Shown: piece after piece, positions 1 through 5,815 of the stretch
Position numbering within the stretch: position 1 is the first letter of the stretch
Layout: every line of letters starts with the position of its first letter
IMG/VR virus record: IMGVR_UViG_2529292720_000011
Length of the DNA: 28,769 nt
Reading direction: 5' to 3' (one strand)
DNA from: a virus
Lineage: Duplodnaviria; Heunggongvirae; Uroviricota; Caudoviricetes
Made by a program: the position numbers and the translations under genes
The notes under the pieces: model-generated
The model's input: the letters and a program-made list of their open reading frames with translations, nothing else
Told to the model about the DNA's origin: nothing
Databases searched by the model: none

Positions 1-1002
1 TTACCCTCTATTGTCAAAAGGGTTCAATTCAACAGCAGCCTCTAAATGACCTGGAGCAAAATGCGCATAACGCATAGTCATTTTTATATCGCTATGCCCC
101 AGTATTTTTTGCAACACAAGAATATTTCCGCCCCGCATCATAAAATGACTGGCAAACGTGTGACGTAGCACATGAGTTAATTGCCCATCAGGAAGCTCGA
201 TCTTCGCTCTCTTAATTGCAGCGTCAAAAGCCTCATAACATGGTGAAAATAGCGCTCCTCGTTTTTTAGGAAGCATAGCCTGCAATTGAGGTGAAATCGG
301 TACAGTGCGGTTCTTCTTTCCTTTAGTTTTAACAAATGTGATTCGACCGGGCAGTACTTGAGATTGCTTTAATCCTTCTGCTTCACTCCACCGAGCACCA
401 GTCGCAAGCCCAATACGGACAACAACCCCCAAATCTTTATTCCGTGACTCATCACACGCAATCAGAAGGCGTTCAATCTCATCTACATACAGAAACGCCA
501 GTTCCTTTTCTTCCTCACGAAACTTGCGAATACCAGTCAGGGGGTTTTCACCAGACCACTCCCCAAGGCGCTTCAGTTCGGCAAAAACAGCATGTAGATA
601 TGACTGCTCGCGATTAACGGTTGCTTCACTAAGTTTTTTCTTCCCCTTGGGATTCCATTCTCCTGATAGCCTTCTTTCCCGATAAGTAGCAAACATATTT
701 TTGTCAAACTGCGAAGCAAATGGATCTCCCAGCCTGGAACAAATCGCCTCAAGTTTGACTTTGCGCTCTGCACCAGAGGACAAGGTTTTACCGTACATCT
801 CAAACCAACGAGCAATCAACTCAGAAAGACGAGGACCAGAACCATCTTGAAACTCGTCTCCAACTCTACTATTCATTAAACGGCGCTCATAAGAGAGCGC
901 CTCACTTTTTGTCGCAAACTGTTTACGAATGCGTTTTCCCGATGCCCCGTAGGGATAACATTCGCAAAGCCATTTACCTGATGGAATCTTACGAACCGAC
1001 AT
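1..1002 (-). CDS. int: Tyrosine recombinase / phage integrase (P2-186 type)
   Basis: 333-aa ORF with the C-terminal catalytic signature HVLRHTFASHF...LGHSDIKMTMRYAH. It is the last gene of the minus-strand repressor operon, as in P2. The window starts at its stop codon. Confidence 0.95.
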   Translation of the reverse strand: MSVRKIPSGKWLCECYPYGASGKRIRKQFATKSEALSYERRLMNSRVGDEFQDGSGPRLSELIARWFEMYGKTLSSGAERKVKLEAICSRLGDPFASQFDKNMFATYRERRLSGEWNPKGKKKLSEATVNREQSYLHAVFAELKRLGEWSGENPLTGIRKFREEEKELAFLYVDEIERLLIACDESRNKDLGVVVRIGLATGARWSEAEGLKQSQVLPGRITFVKTKGKKNRTVPISPQLQAMLPKKRGALFSPCYEAFDAAIKRAKIELPDGQLTHVLRHTFASHFMMRGGNILVLQKILGHSDIKMTMRYAHFAPGHLEAAVELNPFDNRG

Positions 1003-1007
1003 TTTAG

Positions 1008-1354
1008 TTACTTATCACATAAATCAAATGCAGCCTTAGTGACATCCCCCAGACTCTTTTTTAACCCTGGGGCGGCATCATTATCTAGCCAAAATGGATT
1101 ATTGTTATCTAACGGTAACGCACCAAATGTTTTACCTTTTATTCGAGCCAAACCTGTAAGTGCATATAACTTATTATCGTCAAAATTCATTACATAAGGA
1201 TTACCATCAAGACACTGTAATTGAACCTCATCAGTATTAAATGGCCACACCCCATTGAAACTCTCACGTTCAATGGTTTTAAAAGGCATTGCGACGGCGG
1301 AAAAAGAAAACATAGATAAAAAGTAACTAATAGTTGAACCTTTTTAACTTTCAT
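1008..1354 (-). pseudogene. DUF2511/YebY-like periplasmic protein, signal peptide separated by a 1-nt frameshift
   Basis: ORF 1008..1313 (101 aa) resembles E. coli YebY as I recall it (W.FN..EV.L.C ... Y.L.G ... KKSL ... LC). It has no SD and no signal peptide of its own. A GAGG SD plus ATG at 1354 opens MKVKKVQLLVTF in another frame. One extra base in the A5 run at 1318-1322 would give MKVKKVQLLVTFLSMFSFSAVA|MPFK, a canonical Sec signal. Confidence 0.5.
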
Positions 1355-1383
1355 ATCATTACCTCAATTTAGCTCAAGTAAGA

Positions 1384-2034
1384 TTACAAATTAAAAAACG
1401 CTCTAGAAATGACACCGCCTACCAACCCCCCTACGCAGATAAAGAATATTATTTCTTTTGGATAAAGTCGGATTAATTCTGAAGCACGAAGTCGGACTTC
1501 TGGTAAGGTCGAACTCTCTGTGTGGCTTGATGCCGATTGTTGCTCTAACCACGACAATGCAGACTGTAACTGAGAACGAGTAAGATCGTTTAAACGTCCT
1601 GTACCGAAATTGATATGGCAATACCGCAGAAGTTTTTGTCGAAGTCCACAGTCTTCACTGTTACGTAGTAATAAACTTACAAGAGCCTTACAGGCATCAT
1701 GATCTTTACATCGCTCAAGCATTGCATGCAGAAAACTCTCCGCTGTTTTATATTGATTTACTGTCATATCATCAATACCAGCTACACCAATCTCCGCATG
1801 TACTTTTTGCCAAATAATAAACGCTTCAGTATTGCTAGCTTCTGCAATAGCAGCAACCAAGCTATTTAGCTCCTTACGCTGAGCCTTAAGCAAAGGGCGA
1901 TCGTCATCATCATTATTCGAAGGGATTGCGATATTGACGGTATGAGAACCATCATATCGCTCTATCTGAATATTCTTTTCGTGAAAATCACGCCCAGCAA
2001 CGCGATTGTTTGAACCGTTTGAGTTGACGGCCAT
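1384..2034 (-). CDS. Tail-anchored membrane protein of unknown function, co-transcribed with the repressor
   Basis: 216-aa ORF with SD GGAGG 4 nt upstream. There is a single C-terminal hydrophobic helix (IIFFICVGGLVGGVISRAFF). The N-terminus GSNNRVAGRDF repeats the C-terminal motif of the upstream repressor. I recognise no catalytic motif. Confidence 0.8.
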   Translation of the reverse strand: MAVNSNGSNNRVAGRDFHEKNIQIERYDGSHTVNIAIPSNNDDDDRPLLKAQRKELNSLVAAIAEASNTEAFIIWQKVHAEIGVAGIDDMTVNQYKTAESFLHAMLERCKDHDACKALVSLLLRNSEDCGLRQKLLRYCHINFGTGRLNDLTRSQLQSALSWLEQQSASSHTESSTLPEVRLRASELIRLYPKEIIFFICVGGLVGGVISRAFFNL

Positions 2035-2049
2035 GTCACCTCCCTACTA

Positions 2050-2454
2050 TCACCTGCCCTTAGTTTCGTTATAGTCACGACCAGCGATACGGTTATTACC
2101 ACCAGAAATATTTAACTCACGTCCTGATGGCTGAGTTTCCTTTTCACTGATCGCACCTTTTAAAGCCCCAATCACCGCGTTTTTCACATCTAACGAAGCT
2201 GCTCGAAAGCGAGTAATCAACTCCTGCTCATCATCGTTATAAGTTTCAGGTGAGTGAATTCCCAACACAACATACTGAACATCAAGGCCAAAACGAGACA
2301 GCGCTGCCAAATACGCAGCATCAGGAAAGCTATCTCCTTTCTCATATCTAAGCTGAGTTAGCTTTTTGACTCCACCAATGTCGCTCATGGCTACTTGACT
2401 AAGTCCCAATCTTTCCCTTTCCTCACGCAACCGCTGACCAATATCATTTTTCAT
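2050..2454 (-). CDS. XRE/Cro-CI family HTH repressor (immunity repressor by position)
   Basis: 134 aa. The N-terminal HTH is IGQRLREERERLGLSQVAMSDIGGVKKLTQLRYEKGDSFPDAAYLAALSRFGLDVQYVVLG. It is divergent from the early operon, like P2 C and 186 cI. The C-terminal tail ends GGNNRIAGRDYNETKGR. Confidence 0.85.
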   Translation of the reverse strand: MKNDIGQRLREERERLGLSQVAMSDIGGVKKLTQLRYEKGDSFPDAAYLAALSRFGLDVQYVVLGIHSPETYNDDEQELITRFRAASLDVKNAVIGALKGAISEKETQPSGRELNISGGNNRIAGRDYNETKGR

Positions 2455-2529
2455 ACAAAAACCTTGACAGGTATCTTTTTTGATACCAAAATGATTTCAC
2501 GAGCTATTAGATGATCACAATATACCACT
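2455..2529. promoter_or_regulatory. Divergent immunity-switch promoter/operator region
   Basis: 75-bp gap between the divergent repressor and early genes. Plus-strand TTGACA (2464-2469), 17-nt spacer, CAAAAT (2487-2492). A perfect dyad GGTATC (2470-2475) T6 GATACC (2482-2487) fills the spacer. A third TATACC half-site lies at 2521-2526. Confidence 0.55.
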
Positions 2530-2736
2530 ATGAAACAAGTTCTTCACGATACCAGATCACGCATTCCGCGTAACACCGCCACAGGTCCAAGACTGGCCCT
2601 TCGGCTGTCCCTCGAGGAGCGAGCCGTCATTGATGAAATGGCAGCTAAAGAACAACGCTCATCCTCTAACATGGCGCGCATGATCTTCCTTCGCGGCCTA
2701 GAACTAACCCAGAAAGAACAAAACAAATCTTCCTGA
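2530..2736 (+). CDS. Ribbon-helix-helix (CopG/Arc-like) small DNA-binding protein, first early gene
   Basis: 68 aa. RLALRLSLEERAVIDEMAAKEQRSSSNMARMIFLRGLE fits the RHH pattern of a beta strand plus two helices. It occupies the Cro/Apl/Cox position. Confidence 0.6.
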   Translation: MKQVLHDTRSRIPRNTATGPRLALRLSLEERAVIDEMAAKEQRSSSNMARMIFLRGLELTQKEQNKSS

Positions 2737-2752
2737 TCAAGAGGCTAGTGGG

Positions 2753-2956
2753 ATGTCAGGTATAACCATCAATATCAATGTGAATGCCCCCTATGTATCC
2801 CTGCAGAAATATGCAGAGATAACAGGTATCCCTCTTAATACATGCAAAAAGATGTTGGCTGACGGTCGAATTATTATCCGCCCCAAACGCGCCAAAATGG
2901 AAAAGCCTGAAGTAAACCTTGTGGCGATGTTAAAAGACGCTTTGACTAACAGCTAA
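2753..2956 (+). CDS. Cox/Apl-like excisionase-type HTH regulator
   Basis: 67 aa. YVSLQKYAEITGIPLNTCKKMLADGRIIIRPK resembles the P2 Cox HTH region (from memory). It is the second gene of the early operon. Confidence 0.55.
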   Translation: MSGITININVNAPYVSLQKYAEITGIPLNTCKKMLADGRIIIRPKRAKMEKPEVNLVAMLKDALTNS

Positions 2957-2977
2957 AACAATGAACAGAGCACCATC

Positions 2978-3328
2978 ATGAAAAAAAACGCTAATAATCC
3001 ATACTCCAAATTTCGTAATGGCGTAGAACGCCATGTACACCACGTCGCTACCAGTGCATCACGTAGTAACAGTCGCTATAACCTTAACGAGACGCACGCA
3101 ACACCGGATGGCCACGCTGTAAAACAAATCGGCGAGCATGCCTGGCTGATTGAGAAAGCTGGAATCGTGGTCCACAAATGCCCACGCAATCCGTTTACCG
3201 GAAACCGCATTTTTGCTCTAAGCAGTGGCGACAATCAGTTCGGGCAGGATTTCACATTATACGAAGCACTTCGCACGGTTGATCGTCTGCTTCGCGGGCA
3301 AAGTTTTATTAAACAGGCTGATTTATAA
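2978..3328 (+). CDS. Hypothetical early protein (116 aa)
   Basis: ORF in a tightly packed early operon. No recognisable motif. Confidence 0.6.
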   Translation: MKKNANNPYSKFRNGVERHVHHVATSASRSNSRYNLNETHATPDGHAVKQIGEHAWLIEKAGIVVHKCPRNPFTGNRIFALSSGDNQFGQDFTLYEALRTVDRLLRGQSFIKQADL

Positions 3329-3338
3329 CAGGTGCTTT

Positions 3339-3626
3339 ATGACCAAAGACCATGCACAAGGTGTATTTATCCGTTTTATTGATTTTCGCGGTGAACTGTT
3401 ATTACGTGCATCCGCTATTGACGGAGTGACTCCGGCGGGTAAAAACGGAGCCGACGAAGCCACTTACGTTTATCTGAACGGCACGCGACTGCTTGTGGAA
3501 CTTCCGTACCAGACCGTACGAGAAATCATTAGCGAAGCTGAAAAGGCACGCCAGGTTAATGGCGATGAACCCTATATCGAAATTATTTGTATGGATTCAG
3601 AAGCTGAAATACAGAAAGCAGATTAA
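3339..3626 (+). CDS. Hypothetical early protein (95 aa)
   Basis: ATG at 3339, 10 nt after the previous stop, in frame with track ORF 3225..3626. The upstream part of that ORF overlaps the preceding gene. Confidence 0.6.
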   Translation: MTKDHAQGVFIRFIDFRGELLLRASAIDGVTPAGKNGADEATYVYLNGTRLLVELPYQTVREIISEAEKARQVNGDEPYIEIICMDSEAEIQKAD

Positions 3627-3634
3627 AGGGCGTT

Positions 3635-3880
3635 GTGATGGGCAAAGAATATAAAACTCTCATTAACAAAGCACTTGAGCGTTTTTATTTTCGCTTAAGT
3701 GCATCAGGCGCTCATGCTGAACGTGCGGCCCGTGACTCATTGACCAGAGCAATCCGAAGTCTGTATGACGTAGCTTTTTACGCTGATGATCTGGATGCAC
3801 TTAACGAACTTTCCGAGCTGATCTGTGCCGCAGAATGCGGGGAACATATTGAACCGTATAAGCTGGGGAATATCGCATGA
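3635..3880 (+). CDS. Hypothetical early protein (about 80 aa)
   Basis: GTG 3635 or ATG 3638 start shortly after the previous stop. The predicted protein is helical and acidic. Confidence 0.6.
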   Translation: MMGKEYKTLINKALERFYFRLSASGAHAERAARDSLTRAIRSLYDVAFYADDLDALNELSELICAAECGEHIEPYKLGNIA

Positions 3881-3990
3881 GTATATTTATCTCATGGCTT
3901 GTTCTGATTATTTCGGTGGCCTGCGCTATTGGGATTATGCGAATTATTCATTCAATAAAAAAGATTGAACGCTTTTTCACTGGCGAATAA
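3877..3990 (+). CDS. Small single-pass membrane peptide (37 aa), not in the ORF track
   Basis: Its ATG overlaps the upstream stop (ATGA at 3877-3880). The product is MSIFISWLVLIISVACAIGIMRIIHSIKKIERFFTGE, a hydrophobic helix followed by a basic tail. Confidence 0.4.
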   Translation: MSIFISWLVLIISVACAIGIMRIIHSIKKIERFFTGE

Positions 3991-4076
3991 CAGAACAAAT
4001 AAAACCACAGATTAAATAAGAAAATGTAAAAACAATCCGCATTCGCGGAGGTATTCGCACACGCCAAGGAGGCGTA

Positions 4077-4280
4077 ATGGCAATTAAGCATTTTCCTGTC
4101 GTTCGTTTTACCTCCAGAGGGCGGGAATACGAAGTCGACGAACGCCTGATTACCACAATCGACAAACACCGTTCAGAAAAGGATGCACATCACATCTATC
4201 TCACTGACGGCACTTACTTCTGCGCCACGAATGTGGTGCGGGTGAACCTTATCCGACAGGTACAGGAGTCACGCAGATGA
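4077..4280 (+). CDS. Hypothetical early protein (67 aa)
   Basis: Strong SD AAGGAGG 6 nt upstream of the ATG. The stop overlaps the next start. Confidence 0.7.
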   Translation: MAIKHFPVVRFTSRGREYEVDERLITTIDKHRSEKDAHHIYLTDGTYFCATNVVRVNLIRQVQESRR

Positions 4281-4522
4281 CCATTCTGGACTATATTGCC
4301 GCCAATCCGGGGTGTAGCGGTGGAGAAATCGCCGCAGCACTGAATACCCCAACCACAGCCATTAATGCGGAGTTACGCCGACTCTGGCGCAGCGGTTCAG
4401 TCATAAGAAAAGAGCGCAAAACAGGCGGTCGCTTTTCTTACCAGATAAACCCGATGCCGTTCGGGTGTGGCAATCCACTTACCAACATGTTTAACCAGCT
4501 ACTGAAGGAAGCCAGAGCATGA
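4277..4522 (+). CDS. Winged-helix DNA-binding protein (81 aa)
   Basis: ILDYIAANPGCSGGEIAAALNTPTTAINAELRRLWRSGSVIRKERK fits an ArsR/MarR-like wHTH pattern. It is translationally coupled on both sides. Confidence 0.65.
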   Translation: MTILDYIAANPGCSGGEIAAALNTPTTAINAELRRLWRSGSVIRKERKTGGRFSYQINPMPFGCGNPLTNMFNQLLKEARA

Positions 4523-4818
4523 GCGCCATCAACCACAAGGAATTACGCGAACTGGCGACTGACCTGCAACGAATGGCAACGCCTCAAAAATTACTGGCGT
4601 TTCGCGCAATGCTCTCGCCGTCTGCTGTGCTGGCACTGCTGGATGAGCTGGAGCACGCCAGAACCACACCTCTCGCCATTCGCCTGACGCTCCGTCATGA
4701 AATCGAGGATTTCTGCGCGACGTTGGAGGCGCCAGGCGAACCGGAAACGCCGGAAGCAATACAGCAAGAGCTGCTGCAACGCATTGACAAGGTTTTTGAT
4801 TTTTTTCTGAACCACTAA
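4519..4818 (+). CDS. Hypothetical early protein (99 aa), Ead/Ea22-like flavour
   Basis: Coupled start (ATGA). The motif SPSAVLALLDELE is reminiscent of the Ead/Ea22-like family. The assignment is weak. Confidence 0.55.
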   Translation: MSAINHKELRELATDLQRMATPQKLLAFRAMLSPSAVLALLDELEHARTTPLAIRLTLRHEIEDFCATLEAPGEPETPEAIQQELLQRIDKVFDFFLNH

Positions 4819-4831
4819 GAAACCAGAACAT

Positions 4832-4969
4832 GCACACACAAAAAAACCGCTTGCCATGCCGCAATCAGTCAGGTTACATTTCCGCTGCACCTCATAAAAC
4901 GGGTGCCGGGTTTCGCAGCCCGCTGACAAACGTAGCGCACAACCGCGCCAGCGGTTTTTTTGTGCGTAC
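4832..4969. repeat. 138-bp element closed by a 20-nt inverted repeat, with U7-tailed hairpins on both strands
   Basis: GCACACACAAAAAAACCGCT (4832-4851) matches the reverse complement of AGCGGTTTTTTTGTGCGTAC (4950-4969) at 18/20 positions, with a perfect 13-nt core. The local hairpin AACCGC-GCCA-GCGGTT plus T7 (4941-4961) looks like an intrinsic terminator. Confidence 0.5.
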
Positions 4970-5002
4970 TGTATCGCCACGTCTTTTTCGCATCTGAATT
5001 AT

Positions 5003-5078
5003 GGTGGGGCGTACGGGGCCGACTTCGGTCGGGCCGGGTTCTGCGTTTGCCGGTACTGCGAACCTCGTACGTCTCGCC
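5003..5078 (+). ncRNA. Candidate 76-nt Y-shaped structured RNA
   Basis: Hand fold. A 13-bp closing helix pairs 5003-5015 with 5066-5078 (10 Watson-Crick pairs, 3 G.U). Hairpin 5017-5035 has a C(UUCG)G tetraloop at 5023-5028. Hairpin 5037-5064 has an 11-nt loop. The junction is three-way with single-nucleotide linkers. It sits in a 320-bp non-coding gap. Confidence 0.35.
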
Positions 5079-5140
5079 ACCCACAGTTTCGCAGCTCTGG
5101 ATGGTGAGGTTTCAAAACTTACACACGTAGAGGCCACACC

Positions 5141-5371
5141 ATGGCAAACCGCAAACAGCACCGCGCTATCGCGGAGCGTCGTCACATCCAGACTGAAATC
5201 AACCGCAGACTTTCCCGCGCATCACGCGTCGCGCAAATCATGCACATCAATATGCTGCATGAGCGTAGCTGCGAACTTTCAAACCTCTATTCATCCGCTG
5301 TTTTCAGTTATCTGGCGGATGATCTGCGCGAGCTTCAGCAGCTCATCCAGCAGCAAAACAAACTCCATTAA
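5141..5371 (+). CDS. Hypothetical early protein (76 aa, basic N-terminus)
   Basis: SD GAGG 8 nt upstream of the ATG. The product is a helical basic protein. Confidence 0.65.
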   Translation: MANRKQHRAIAERRHIQTEINRRLSRASRVAQIMHINMLHERSCELSNLYSSAVFSYLADDLRELQQLIQQQNKLH

Positions 5372-5443
5372 TTCCTGTTCCGGGCCTTTCCTGCACCTTG
5401 CGGCGGGAGGCCTTCGCACATCTGTAACAAGAGGATTGCCGCA

Positions 5444-5809
5444 ATGATTCTCGCCAACGACTTTCTTGAATACCTGCTCAACACAGAACGTGATCTTGCC
5501 GTTCGCGTGCGTGAACGTTATGACATGTACCTGAAATCCCTGCCTGTACCGCAGCTCGCTGACGGAAAGATTGTTATTGATGGTCGCTACATGATTGACA
5601 GCCACGAGGGAAATTACAGGCTTTACCGCATTGAAGGTGGCACCCCGTCCGTTATTGGCATTTACCAGCGCCCATCCTCTGCAATCGTCGATGTGATTGC
5701 CGACAGCATCCGCATCACACATCGCCATGCCGACACAGAAGACACCGTGCTGGAAATTCAGCGGCTGGCTACAGTCTGCCGCGACACCCTGAATGGCATA
5801 ACGAAGTAA
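5444..5809 (+). CDS. Hypothetical early protein (121 aa)
   Basis: ORF immediately upstream of gpA. No motif recognised. Confidence 0.65.
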   Translation: MILANDFLEYLLNTERDLAVRVRERYDMYLKSLPVPQLADGKIVIDGRYMIDSHEGNYRLYRIEGGTPSVIGIYQRPSSAIVDVIADSIRITHRHADTEDTVLEIQRLATVCRDTLNGITK

Positions 5810-5815
5810 ATCACT

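Noticed and set aside
4967-4974. LexA (SOS) box
   Set aside because: Only the half-site TACTGTAT is present, and the required ACAG half 8 nt downstream is missing. I found no complete CTGT-N8-ACAG upstream of the 89-aa gene or in the immunity region either.
5003-5078. tRNA gene (tRNA-sized, stem-closed structure)
   Set aside because: It has no T-loop GTTCRANYC and no D-loop signature, and it has a 13-bp rather than 7-bp closing stem and three-way rather than four-way junction. I kept it as a candidate ncRNA, not a tRNA.
4832-5078. Retron msr/msd-like locus (inverted repeats flanking structured RNA)
   Set aside because: No reverse-transcriptase ORF exists anywhere in the window. The next genes are small early proteins and the HUH initiator gpA.
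5001-5447. 148-aa plus-strand ORF covering the structured gap
   Set aside because: It overlaps the better-supported 76-aa ORF (5141..5371) in another frame and has no SD. Its 5' part coincides with the GC-rich helices of the predicted RNA, which explains the open frame.
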